64,000 bases of DNA, taken from positions 117,118,001-117,182,000 of the forward strand of contig OZ024743.1 of assembly GCA_964016885.1 (NCBI GenBank), in the 5' to 3' direction. The notes under the pieces were generated by a model. It searched no databases and was not told where the DNA came from. It was given only the letters and a program-made list of their open reading frames with translations. Below are positions 1 through 14,456 of the stretch, in pieces. Position 1 is the stretch's first letter; each line of letters starts with the position of its first letter. The stretch comes from Eledone cirrhosa (taxonomy: Eukaryota). Both the position numbers and the translations under genes were made by a program.

Positions 1-86
1 GTGAGTGTGTTCTGTTATTAATTCTGGCAACATTACACAAATATGACCCCCCCCCCCCCCAGTATAACAATATATATATATATATC

Positions 87-125
<39 letters not shown>

Positions 126-226
126 TATTATATGTATATATGTAAATATGTATACGTACATACATATATGTTAACAGACGTACAGTAGTATGTATATACA
201 TACATACATGCACACATATATATATG

Positions 227-356
227 TACGTATGGGTTTACCGAACATTTATTATAACGCACGGTTTGTTTTGCCGAACACTGTACGGCTTAATTCGGGC
301 TGTTTGTTTACAAACAAACCGAACATTATAATAAATGTTCGGTAAACACATACGTA
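227..356. mobile_element. Small foldback/MITE-like element
   Basis: Inverted arms tacgtatgggtttaccgaacatttattataa ... ttataataaatgttcggtaaacacatacgta, extending inward to cggtttgttt/aaacaaaccg; no coding capacity; lies in TA-rich repeats. Confidence 0.6.
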
Positions 357-368
357 TACACACACACT

Positions 369-455
<87 letters not shown>

Positions 456-572
456 GTGCATGTATGTATGTACGTCTGTATACATATATGTATGTATTTA
501 TACATACTTACATTTAAGTATCAGCCGTACTAAGAGTGAGAAATGGAATTTCATTTTTACCATTTATATATA

Positions 573-927
573 CTAGCTGACGTACCCACTTTCGCCCGGG
601 TAAATAGATAAGAGAAGACAGGTAAAAGAGAAAATGACTGTATTGGATTTTTGTCTGGTTACAGTATGAGGCGAGTCCGTGGTGTCTGTGTAATACAAAA
701 AACAATAAAAAAAACTTCTAGATATACCAGATTCTTCGTTGTACCGTTTGTTGATAGTATATGAACAATTCTAGGTGCTCCCACCTAGAATAGTGACCTC
801 TAGGAGATGGTTAATCTTCCTCCTGACTGTAAAACGTGTATCATTGCGTAGACGTGGTTGTTTCACGTTTCTCAAAAGGATGATAGAAGTTCAAATCTTT
901 TATATTATATGTAGATATAGATATAGA
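573..927 (-). mobile_element. Non-autonomous Helitron-like element
   Basis: Minus strand starts with TCTATATCTA... and ends in a subterminal hairpin (acccgggcgaaagtgggt) followed by CTAG|T, the typical Helitron termini. Confidence 0.6.
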
Positions 928-1340
928 TAATTAGTATAAAAGATGATGCTCAGCCAGTTCGTCTTCAACCATCGCAGCACGCCGTCGCTGCTTGGCTCCA
1001 GTGTTTCGTTGGCGTTGTTTCATTCATGGCAGCACGTCTTCGCCTCTGAAGTTCGGCGTTCCGATGGCATTGTTCTGCCCGTCGCCGCTGTAGTTCACTG
1101 TTTGATAAAGTCGAATTGCTTTTACTTTCTGTGGAACGCTACACGCACGCACACACACATAAACATACGCTCACGTACATACTCTCCCCTCTCACTCCCT
1201 CATATGGATTATGCATATTCATTTAAGTTTGGCGTCGTTGAGGTGGGCGGAGTCGTTTGAAACCTATGAACCAATGATAATCGAGAATTATGACACAGGG
1301 AATAATGACATTGTTGAAATTAATATATAGAGATATATAT

Positions 1341-1902
1341 TAGAATTGGTGCTCTGAAATAGCGATGTATATATGAATGTATATATAGTGTATTTGGTAA
1401 TACACCTTATGCTTAATTAAAAGCATTTTGAAACCTTACGCTATTGTTTTAAAGTAGTGACTATGTCACTTACTTCTTTTTTCAACAAACAAAAGGAGAT
1501 AAGCTGACAGATATCTGTTTCATACTGTTGGTATTCTTCAGAGCTTCGCACTCCTCTTGTTTGTTGAAAATTATGAATGTTGGATTCTTATAGAATTCTA
1601 GTAATAATCATGAACTGATTATACAGAGCGGTTGCCGGTCCAGCGAAAATTGAAAATTAGAATTGGTGATCTGAAATAACGATGTGTATATGAATGCATA
1701 TATAGTGTATTTGGTAATACACTGTATGCTTAATTAAAAGCATTCTGAAGACCTTACGCTATTGTTTTAAAGTAGTGACTATATCACATACATCTTTTTT
1801 CAACAAACAAAGGGAGAGTCACTACTTTAATACAACAGCGTAAGCTCTTCAAAATGCTTTTACTTAAGCATACATTGTATTACCAAATACACTGTATATA
1901 CA

Positions 1903-1910
<8 letters not shown>
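1341..1910 (-). mobile_element. Retrozyme/Penelope pLTR-like non-autonomous element: ~317-bp unit, partial direct copy and inverted tail
   Basis: tagaattggtgctctgaaata... at 1341 recurs at 1658; copy 2 stops at ~1817 and is followed by an inverted copy (1817-1910); hammerhead ribozyme in unit 1; TA-rich flanks. Confidence 0.75.
1501..1546 (-). ncRNA. Type I hammerhead ribozyme, canonical core
   Basis: Minus strand: aagct CTGAAGA atac-caaca-gtat GAAA cag-atat-ctg TC agctt; all three stems pair; stem I extends through ttttcaacaaacaagaggag / ctccttttgtttgttgaaaa (1479-1570). Confidence 0.88.
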
Positions 1911-1958
<48 letters not shown>

Positions 1959-2091
1959 CAAAGGGATATTTAAATTGTTGGTAATTCAACAAATATATAT
2001 ATTTATAACAGATTCGAAGCACCCGACAAGTTTTCTGGAGTATAATATCAATGATATTAATAAATGGAAACTATATTTATAAAACCATATT

Positions 2092-2152
2092 TATTCTATT
2101 ATGTATATTTCAATGGTACCTAAACTTTGGTACGCCCTCATCAGATAAAATA
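2092..2152 (-). ncRNA. Type I hammerhead ribozyme, partly decayed
   Basis: Minus strand: tattttat CTGATGA gggc gtacc-aaagttta-ggtac catt GAAA tataca TA atagaata; outer inverted flanks atatttataaaac/gttttataaatat extend stem I; base of stem II is imperfect. Confidence 0.6.
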
Positions 2153-2327
2153 CAAAGTTTGTTTTATAAATATTGACAGTTGTATAAATAAAAACGAGTT
2201 AGGCCATTACAAACCAGAGTACTCGATACTGGGAGTAGTAGAGTGAGTAATATGAACAAATTCAGGACCCCCCGATCTCGTTGCTGAAACGATTGGAGCT
2301 CAGGCCTCCAGTCCTTAGTTTCTTCAC

Positions 2328-3158
<831 letters not shown>

Positions 3159-3240
3159 ATATATATATATATATTGAAAGGATAAAAAGGCCGATTGATT
3201 ATTCCTTCATTGCATTTATTAACTCCTAGTTACACCCCCT

Positions 3241-3308
<68 letters not shown>

Positions 3309-3499
3309 GCATATATATACACATATATATATATATACATATATATGTTAGAAAGTGAGGTTTTTTTACAAAATGAAAAATAACTGAGGTGTCCTACACG
3401 AGTGAAAGTATAAAGGAAAAGAGATGAAATCGAAAATGCAACTCGAGTCTTATTTTAAAAAATATATATATATTTATTTGGTTCCGTTACCGGTTTCGC

Positions 3500-3544
3500 A
3501 GTTCTTCACACACACATATATATATATATATATGTGTGTGTGTG

Positions 3545-3614
<70 letters not shown>

Positions 3615-3661
3615 TATACACATATATATATATATGTATGTATATATATATGTATATACAC

Positions 3662-3696
<35 letters not shown>

Positions 3697-3698
3697 CA

Positions 3699-3790
<92 letters not shown>

Positions 3791-3823
3791 TATACACATA
3801 TATATATATATGTATATATATAT

Positions 3824-3890
<67 letters not shown>

Positions 3891-3896
3891 CATATT

Positions 3897-3973
<77 letters not shown>

Positions 3974-3990
3974 TTATATATATATAGATA
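3500..3990. repeat. Long interrupted (TA)n microsatellite, representative of dozens in the window
   Basis: Direct reading. Confidence 0.95.
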
Positions 3991-4150
3991 GATAAATATA
4001 TACGGGTGTGTATGATTGTGTATAGAAGATTATATTAATAGGAGGAATTCCAACTTTGTCTGATTTACTCGTTTTATTTACAATCCTTTAAAATTTATAA
4101 TGGTATTATAATGAAATAGTATGGTAGAATATTAAATGTTAAGTGTTAAT

Positions 4151-4189
4151 TGAACAAGTACTTTCATGCTTTCGCAATCTTCAGCTTCA
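4151..4189 (-). ncRNA. Minimal hammerhead ribozyme, mirror copy in the left palindrome arm
   Basis: Minus strand: tgaag CTGAAGA ttgcgaaagcat GAAA gtac TT gttca; one mismatch at the base of stem I. Confidence 0.6.
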
Positions 4190-4270
4190 TAATGTCTTGT
4201 GACAGTCAAGTTTGAAATTTTCAACTGTGAAAAGTTGAAAATTGCAAACTTGACTATCACCACACATTAT

Positions 4271-4308
4271 GGACCTGAAGATTGCGAAAGCATGAAAGTA
4301 CTTGTTCA
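4271..4308 (+). ncRNA. Minimal (Penelope-type) hammerhead ribozyme with palindromic stem III
   Basis: ggac CTGAAGA t-tgc-gaaa-gca-t GAAA gtac TT gttc; stem III region aagtactt is self-complementary. Confidence 0.7.
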
Positions 4309-4428
4309 ATTAACACTTAACATTTAATATTCTACCATACTATTTCATTATAATACCATTATAAATTTTAAAGGATTGTAAATAAAACTCGTAAATCAGA
4401 CAAATTTGGAATTCCTCTTATTAATATA

Positions 4429-4552
<124 letters not shown>

Positions 4553-4553
4553 G

Positions 4554-4622
<69 letters not shown>

Positions 4623-6009
4623 ATTATATATTTTTGTATGTGTGCATAAAGGCAAAATTTGTTCTTGGGTAGATATGATTGACTAAATCCCTTTAAAACA
4701 GCGCCCCAACGTGTTTGAGGACGACTGAAACCAGTAAAAGAAAGTAAAAGTATTGCATCTAAAATTGAAGACGCATGGAAGACACCTGTATCAGTCTATT
4801 AAACCGAACCTGATTTTTAACTAGTACTCAGATTTGTATATATTATGTTGTGTAGTTACATGTAAACCATTGATTTTTCACACTATTAGGTTTATCCCAA
4901 TTCAGTCAGTTGCGCTATTTGTACATGATATTTTTTGTACATTATTTTGCTATGTATTTATTTATCTGTCGATGGTTCTTTGTCAAATATTTCGTTTATA
5001 CTCTCCTGTATGTACAATGCACATAATAGACAACCCAAACCTGAATGTAGCGGTAGATTTTGTAGAGGTGGTGTTTAAGATGGAGTCGGTAATGTTATGA
5101 AAGTTTCTTGTGGCGATGGGGCTGAAAGGAGATGTGAGCTCCATAACGATAAATTGCTACAACATGCTTCTAACATGTTCCAGCATTCAATAAATATTCT
5201 TTCACAATAACAAACTAAATAAAAGAAATGATATAGGAAAAAGCGTAAAAGCAGGAACGAAAATACAAGAAAACAAAGAAAAAACGTTATTTTAGTGAAC
5301 GTAGGTTTGGTGTTAACTTTGCATAAATGTCATTTCGAGATCAAATATCGTTCTTTTCTCAATTTAATCCTTCATTAATCCAATGAAAATTTGGCTGGAC
5401 AAAAGCTATGAAAGAAAACAGGGAAGTTGATGAAGACCTCAGCAATGCAATTGCTCAGGCATGGAGACATTTCCGTCCTCAACTCTTCAAAGGCTTGTTC
5501 ATACTCGTTAGATCGCAATGCCAAATACTCTCTCTTCTCTTTCCTGCTTTTTCATTATATCTCTTATCAGTTTGTATTGTGATTTATTTCGTTTTCCTCT
5601 TTCTGTGTGTTTGACTATTTTCTGTCTATCGGTGAGTGTGCTTCAGCGTCAGCCATATTCTCTCCTCCCACATCTCTCACTATGATAAAATGGACAGGAA
5701 GCAACAAACGTCTAGTCATAAACACCAACATACTTAGGTATATACATACGTATATACCCTCAGATATATATATATGTGTGTATTGAATATACATACATAT
5801 ATACATATATACACACACACACATATATATATATGTTTATATATATATATATACATATACATGTATATATATATATATATGTGTGTGTGTATGTATGTAT
5901 GTATGTATATTCAGTACATACGTACACATACACATGCACATTCATTTATTCATTAATATACAAGACACACAAGATTGTATATGTAATGTATATATACATG
6001 ATTACATGC

Positions 6010-6139
<130 letters not shown>

Positions 6140-6653
6140 GCGTGCGTGTATATGTGTGGGTGTGGGGCGTGTATGTGAACACCTACAGTGATCTTAATAG
6201 TTATAATCACATATATGTGTGTTTTCATTTCCTTAAACACGTGTGCACATACATTAGTCTGCTGAACGATGCGGGATAGAAATACGTAGATAGGTATACA
6301 CGGAAAAGAACTTATACAAATACAGACACATATACACAAAAACACAAACAGTCACGCATTCACACAACCTAGAAGACACAAGCAGAGCATACAGCACAAA
6401 CACAGTGGTATACATATGCACACTTGCTAATACTAAAACACACACATCTATTGATTTACATAGGGGCATACCAAAGCACCTTTCTTTAAAGTACTCTTTT
6501 AAATGTGCTTTCAAAACACTCTGATGATGGCTGACTAAATTATTCAGATACATTTACACACTACACATGGATGTGTAAAGCGGTTTATATATCGTGTCCG
6601 TTACGTTCTGTATAAGGCCCTGCCTGCTGGCATACTGTTAATGTGTTCTGATA

Positions 6654-6700
<47 letters not shown>

Positions 6701-6701
6701 C

Positions 6702-6737
<36 letters not shown>

Positions 6738-6835
6738 TATATATATATATAACATAATATATACATATATATAGACACACAGACACATATATATGTATAT
6801 ATAAATGTATGTATGCATATATGTACTCGTATATA

Positions 6836-6883
<48 letters not shown>

Positions 6884-7967
6884 AATATATATATATATAT
6901 ATATACACACACACCACAAACACACACACACACACGCACGCACACACACACATATATATATATATAAAGTAATGAACTTTTCAAATTCATAAGATGCTAG
7001 TGACTGAAGAGAACATAGTAGACTAGTTCATTTGTAACCATCCTCTCATTACCAGTCTGTCCTCTCTTTTCTCGTCTCACCCGCCACAAAAATATAATTC
7101 CGCCATGTTAAGTGGCTAGACATTCACGTGCCATAATCGTTAGTTGAAAAGTGTTTTCGTGTTTGACGTTGATTCACCAAAGAATGCAAACTAGAAAGCA
7201 ATCATACACTGCTGCAGTCTCTTTGATGACAAACCTTTTGTCGGGTAACTTTAAGAGCAATAGGCGAAAATAACATGTTTACAGAAATACTGAGATAAGG
7301 AATAAATGGCATGAATTATGTAGGTATCTGACGGTGAGAGTTATGTGTTTTATATGCGTGTGGAAAAAACATATATACATACATACATACACTCGTATAT
7401 ACATACGCACACACACTCATGCATACACATACGCTTATGTTTATGAGTATATGAAAATATATGAGTAGCTGAAAACGTATGCGTGTGTAGACGTGTTAAC
7501 TTTTGCATGTATATATGTAACAGCAAGAGAGGAAGAGGGATATTGAACGACATAGGGAGAGAAGCACGTAAAAGAGACCAGTAAACAGTTATGTATATAG
7601 TGAGATAGAAAACGGGGAGAAAGTTGACGTAGGGATCTAACATGAAGAGTTATAATAAGGTCCGTGAACAAGGGAAAAGTGACGTGTAACAGACGCAGAA
7701 GGGGATTGATAACGAATAGAGTGATGGAGATAAAAGAGAGAAGAAATGAACGGTAAAGAATGAGATAGGGAGAGAGAGAGAGGGGGGGGGTTGTCGGTCG
7801 AATAAGAGAAAGAAGGATAGAAGGTTAGGGATAAACATATAGTGAACCGACATTAAGAAGAAAAGACCCGTGTGTAGGATGCGGCACACGCATAACATAT
7901 TCATATATTTATACACATGTTTATATATATATGTATATATATAATCGTGTATATACATAATATATAA

Positions 7968-8035
<68 letters not shown>

Positions 8036-8121
8036 TTATGTGCATACACACATACACAGACACGCACATATATATATATATACATATATATAGGTACATA
8101 TATATATGCACACACACACAG

Positions 8122-8166
<45 letters not shown>

Positions 8167-8411
8167 ACGAGATGTAGGGAGAGGAACTAAGGGGAATTAA
8201 CAGAAGATAGGGAAAAGCGTGGAAGGTTCGTGAGCGGTAATAAATAAAGATTTTAAAGCATAATAAAGACCATTATAGTAACAGTAAAGAGAATAGAGGC
8301 AAAAACTATGACATGAGTTTAAGTAGATATGATGTGGCCAGAAATTTCGATAAACTGGCAAGAGCGTGCGCGCACACATACATGCATGTAATATGTATGA
8401 ATGCACGTATG

Positions 8412-8462
<51 letters not shown>

Positions 8463-8474
8463 ATATATATATGC

Positions 8475-8564
<90 letters not shown>

Positions 8565-8634
8565 TATATACAATAGAGAGAGAGAGATTTATATATTTGT
8601 ATATATACATATAATTATACATACACACACTCAT

Positions 8635-8668
<34 letters not shown>

Positions 8669-8688
8669 GAGTGAGAGAGAGAGAGAGA

Positions 8689-8765
<77 letters not shown>

Positions 8766-9342
8766 GTGAGAGAATAAGAGAGATCATGTGGCAGGGAGAT
8801 GATTGGTTATGTATGTATGTAGATACATTGCTAAAAGAGGTGGTAAATAGTTTCATTGAAATATAGATAGATTAATATCATGTAGGCTATCTGAATAGAA
8901 TATGCACAATTCGAAGCATAAATATGCTAAATTATTCTGATATATTTATGCTTTCAACTGTTTCTTAGATTCAGTCTGCATAATATAAAGGTTATTGAGC
9001 TCTGCCATGAGAAAGTATTTATTGATGCATTTTAGAAAATAATACGTATATAATTAGATTGATAAATGAAACACCGACATGCTGATAGATAGATATATAC
9101 ATTATATAATGAGAGAAATATCTTCTACAGGACTAGAACAATTTCCTGCGTATGGAATCATTACGATGATTTCATACGAATGAAACACTTCTAGTCCTCA
9201 AAAGTAATTTCTCTATATATATAATAAAAATTCTTATACTCTGGTAATGTATTGAGCTAATGTATTGAGTACTATTTTTAACTGTGGTTACCCTCAACAT
9301 AACTCGGGAATCTACATATATATGTCGGTTCCCGAGTTGTGA

Positions 9343-9386
<44 letters not shown>

Positions 9387-9401
9387 GTGTGCGTGTGTTT
9401 G

Positions 9402-9451
<50 letters not shown>

Positions 9452-10369
9452 GAGAGAGATAAAGAAAGTGAGAGAGAGAGAGAGAGAGAGAGAGTGTGTG
9501 TGTGTGTGAGAGAGAGTGAGAGATAATTGGATAGGTAGATATGTAAGCAACAGAAATCGTACACTTAACAGAAATTGTATATAAGCTCACTGGCGACGAT
9601 ACACACACAAGCACTCACTTGGAAAAGTACACACGCATATCTACTCATATGTAATGATGGACGCTTTGTGATCATACTATTTATGTATGTTTCTAATGCA
9701 ATAGCCTTCTGTGAATACAGAATACAAGTGCTTTTACAACAACTGACTCATATAAAAGTCCTTTATCCAAGTGCATGCACTGATGGAAGTTGCAAGCCAC
9801 TGCTAGCCATATAAACTGAGAGTAGCAAAAGAAACAAAAAAACAAAAACAAAAAAAACATCGCTTACAAGAGTGAACTTATTTAATGCCTCCTTATATCT
9901 GTTTGTGACACATTCATTAATGTTGCGACTATGAAGTCCAACCAGCCTTCACTTGGTAACCCAACTTGCTAGAAATAGCACCCTAATCACTGTCAATTAA
10001 TACACTACACTCTTAAAAAGGAGGGAACCTTAGACAGTGTAGTTTTAGATACAAGACTCTGATTTAGTTAAAAAAAAAAGACGGGCTGATTATGAGTGGA
10101 GCAATTGGCTCCAGTCATCTTGAAAAGGGCACAGTCACATTAAATAGTCTAAACATAAATACCTATATCTTCCGCAAACCATGCTGCTGTCTTAAAAAAC
10201 GGAAGAGTGCATTTTATAATGTGAGCCCGAAAAAAAAATGAATGTTCAGAGAAACGAAAGCATACAAGATGGTCACAACTGCGATCATACCATCTTGAAA
10301 AAAGATACGCAATGCCTGAAAGATAGACAACATTCCCATGGGTCTGTTTACTGGAATTTAGGTTAGTTA

Positions 10370-12805
10370 GATCAAAAAAGAACAATTCCTGTCAGAATAT
10401 CAGTGATGGATCTCGTAAATAGTTTGGTGTGTTTACTAGTCTTCTCTTTATCTGCTCCTAAAGATAGATAGTAGTCATTCATACGCCACGTCTCAGCAAT
10501 TTTTCATTTGCTCCGGTATAAGTGGGAGTTAGTACCTGCCTATAGTAACGCTGGTAGTCGCAAGAACAATAGGGCTGACTTAATGCTCTTTTCTCATGTT
10601 CCCTCCAACGCTGGTTTTGCAGCATACCATAAAAACAACCATACAGGTGACAATTACACTTCAACCGTCCCGCTTGGACTTAATTGAAAATAGCAATTTA
10701 AACATTACTCAGATATCATCTATATATTTTCAAAAGAAATTAAAAAATTCTCCATGTATAGAGTTTTTTTTACGTTTTTGTTTACATGTGCGGGTATTTT
10801 CTATTTATATGATGCAAAAGTGTTTCTTATTTCTTCTGCGGCGAATACACCGTTGTTCCTAACAGGAATCCAGTCACAAGTTTCATAAAGCATGCTTACC
10901 ATGCTTATTTTGGTATGAAACTTGGTGCCCAGGATAAAGCTTGGGTGCCACATATGGTATACAAGACATGCACCGAGAATCTGCGTCGCTGGACCAAGGG
11001 CAAGAAGAGTTCTCTGCAGTCTGGAATTCTCATGGTTTGGAGGGAGCCGACAAACCATGACACTGACTGCTTTTTCTGCGCTATTGATTTCACTGGGATC
11101 AACAGAAAAACCGGAGCAGCCTCAAGTATCCTGATCTTGAATAAGCACGTCGTCCTGTATCACATTGTGATGAAATTCAAGTACCTGTCTTTGGCGAACC
11201 TCTTGAAATTAGTGACGAAGATTCCTCCAATGTTGAAGAAAATAAAGAAAAAGAAGTGGTTCTTCACAATGATGCTCCGCGTTCTTTTGCTGTAAATGAG
11301 CTAAATAATCTAGTTCGTGATCTCAGCTTGTCAAAGTCCTTTGCCGAACTGTTGGCATCCGGATTGAAGGAAAAACTATCCTCTCTGACAGTGTTCGCAT
11401 CCCCTTCTACCGCAACAGATATCAAGTGTACCGCTGTTTTTTCTCTGTAGAGAAGGACTTGGTGTACTGTACAGATAGTGTGCAACTTCTGCACAGGCTT
11501 GGAGTGCCAGAGTAGCAACCCTAAGATTGGAGACTGTTTATTGACAGCAGCAAGCGACCGCTGAAATGTGTTCTGCTGCACAACGGCAACCAGTTTGCCT
11601 CTGTACCCCTCACTCACTCGACTACACTGAATGAGAAGTATGAAGTAGTAAAGTACGTGCTGGAGAAAATTCATTAGGATCAACATGAGTGTTTGATTTG
11701 AGTTGACTTGAAGATGGTGAACTTTTTGTTAGGACAACATTCTGGGTTCACCAAGTACCCATGCTTTCTGTGCATGTGGGATAGTAGGGACCAAGCTTAG
11801 CATAATATGAAGAAGGACTGGCCTGTATGGGAGGAATGTGTGCCTTGCAAAGCAAGGAACGTCATAAACAACCCTCTGGTGGACAGAGACAGGATACTTT
11901 TCTACCGTTGCACATCAAGCTTAGTTTGATCAAACAGTTCACCAAAGCTCTGGACAAGGATGGTGTCTGCTTCACTTACTTGTGCCACACTTTTTTCAGG
12001 ATTGACCATGGAGAAGTTGAAAGCTGGCATATTTGGTGGCTCTCAACTCCGTCAGATCATCAGAGATCCAGAGTTTGAAAACTCAATGAACGAAATGGAA
12101 CTGGAAGCGTGGAAGGCTTTTGTTCTGGTTGTGAAGAGCTTTCTTGGCAATAACAAGGTCAGGGACTACGCAGAACTTGTCACCAATAGGCTGACTGCTT
12201 TCAGAAACCTCGGATACCAGGTGAGCATCAAAATGATTTACTTATTCCCACATATGGATCGGTTTCCTGAAAATCTGGGATCAATGAGTAACGAGCAAGG
12301 GGAGAAATTCCATCAGGACATGAAAGAGATGGAGATCAGGTATCAAGGACGCTGGGATGCACTCATGATAGCTGATTACTGTTGGACTCTAAAGAGAGAC
12401 ATCCCTGCCGATGAGCATTCTAGGAGTTCGAAATAACGGAAGTTCAAACATTGAATTTTGAAAAATGACATAACATTCAATTTACATGTACTTACCTTTA
12501 TCGGTCTCTACTATTCAATGTATACTAATCAATTTTTGCAACATTTAATTAATGAATTGTGCTAGAAAAGGATTTTCTTCTCTTAAAGACCTATTTCGGA
12601 TGAGAAATGTTAACAAAAATCAATCGAAAGTGTCACAAAAATGTAATCGATTTAGTCAGAAGATCAGATTTTTAATCAATTTAGCACAACAATCTGACCG
12701 GATTGAGAGAAACAGATACCGTTTTCGTATTCAGCGATGCAAGTTGTCCTAAATCAGTTGAAAAAACGCAGACATCTTATAAAAATACTTTTTTGTAATA
12801 CAGTG
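10370..12805 (+). mobile_element. Chapaev3-type (CMC superfamily) DNA transposon, decayed
   Basis: Transposase remnants (next feature); 3' end ...ttttttgtaataCAGTG followed by TTA; 5' terminus eroded, so the left boundary is approximate. Confidence 0.75.
10850..12436 (+). pseudogene. Chapaev3 transposase pseudogene with frameshifts and stops
   Basis: Motifs YFGMKLGAQDKAWVPH, WREPTNHDTDCFFC, KCVLLHNGN, KYPCFLCMWDSR, PLHIKLSLIKQFTKAL, SNEQGEKFHQDMKEMEIRYQGRW and ADYCW across several frames. Confidence 0.8.
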
Positions 12806-14417
12806 TTATATATAAATAATATCTTATCAAACAAAACCTGCTTTCAAAGTTGTCAATATTTATTACTCAGATAAAATTCAAACCAGATTTAGGACCAAAT
12901 TTTTATTCCCCACCTCCATAGGAGACACTGGTAAAATAACTATAGATGTTATGCTGTTGTTTTACAGCTTCTTTACATTGATGAAAGAATGCGAATGACA
13001 CATAATTTAAGGGTCACTAAATGCTTATGTGCATTAAGCTCATTCATATTTTCAACACTATCCTTCGATTTCAAAAATAACTATTCCCTTCTATTCTGTT
13101 TATTATTTTATTTTGCCTCCTTTTCGGCTTCCGTTCCTTTAACTTCCCTTATTTCTGTTATCTCCGTGTTTTCCTTTTTCGCGTGCTTTCTCAGTCTCTC
13201 CTTTGGCAATTTTTCTCATAATATCAACTTCCGGTTGGCAACTTACGACCCAATCCATTTACTCTATCCTTCAGTCTACCAAACCCACCCATCTTCTCAT
13301 TACCATTATATCCCACCCTACTCCAAATATTTCCTACATAGGAGAAAATGGCGTAAACCACGTGACCCGTTCAGGTTTCGACGATATAACTTGAAAGAAC
13401 AGTACGGATTGCTTTTCTCCTTTCCCCGCATTTTTCTTGCTTTTGCTTATTTGCACCTCTTATTTTTTCTATCTATCTTCTGTCTTCTATCTTCTCATTA
13501 TTTGTGCCTCTTCCTTCTTTTTAGTATATTTGTGTTTATTTATTTGTGTAGGCTTTACCTTTAACAAGTTCGCCAGCTAGAGCGTGGCAAATGTTTGCAT
13601 TCTCACACTCTTAATTACCGATTAATGACAAGAGTGCCAAACAGCATGAGATAAAAATGTTTAGATAGAAGAAAAAACAAGGAGGAAAACAATATATTGG
13701 CTTTGTTTCATATTTACACATCGAAACAAAGAAATTCCTTATAGCAAACTACAATAATGTTTAAAGTCGAGTACTTTTGAAAAATAGAGAAAAATGAATA
13801 AATATAAAGAACATACTGAATATTTTTGTTTTTTAAAATATTTTTCGATTTTAGTTACGAGAAGAAACCAGGAAATCGGATATAATGAAAATGAATCTAA
13901 ATAAAGCAAAAATCAAAAGAGATGAGCATAGAAAATAATAGTAGCAAAAGAGAGTGGAAAAGAGAGAAAAAGAAGTGGGTAAATGTAGAGAGAAATGGAG
14001 AGAAAACATCCAAGAATACACAGACGAAAATGGGTAAACTGATCTGGTAGCGGTGGTGATGTGCGAGTGGAGAGAAGAGAAAACGAAAAATTGAGATGGT
14101 TTAAGGAGGGAGAGGAGGGGAGGGGAGCTGGCATGCCAAACTGAGAATAATCGCGAGAAAGAAGAATAAGATTGAGAAACTGAAAAGAAAGAGTTAAACA
14201 TATGAATAGAAAAACAGACATATAAATACACAGAGGCACATACATTCACACCTATATATTTTTAACAAATACAAACATACATATATGAATATATATGTAT
14301 TTATATATATATATATAAATATATATGTGTGTGTGTGTGTGCGCGCATGTGCGTGTGCGTGCGTCTGTGTGTGTGTGATGTGTGTTTGACAGAAAGAGAT
14401 ACAGAGAGAAGATGGTT

Positions 14418-14456
<39 letters not shown>

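Larger units (their letters stand above)
4032..4427. repeat. Near-perfect ~400-bp palindrome (arms ~195 bp, centre ~4229/4230)
   Basis: Left arm attaataggaggaattccaactttgtctgattt...aattttcaact mirrors right arm agttgaaaatt...aaatcagacaaatttggaattcctcttattaat. Confidence 0.92.

Noticed and set aside
940-1333. Possible second Helitron 5' end
   Set aside because: Only a TC-start-like terminus; no 3' hairpin or CTAG found.
9297-9341. Small hairpin aactcgggaa...ttcccgagtt
   Set aside because: Short, centred on a TA repeat, with no supporting motif.
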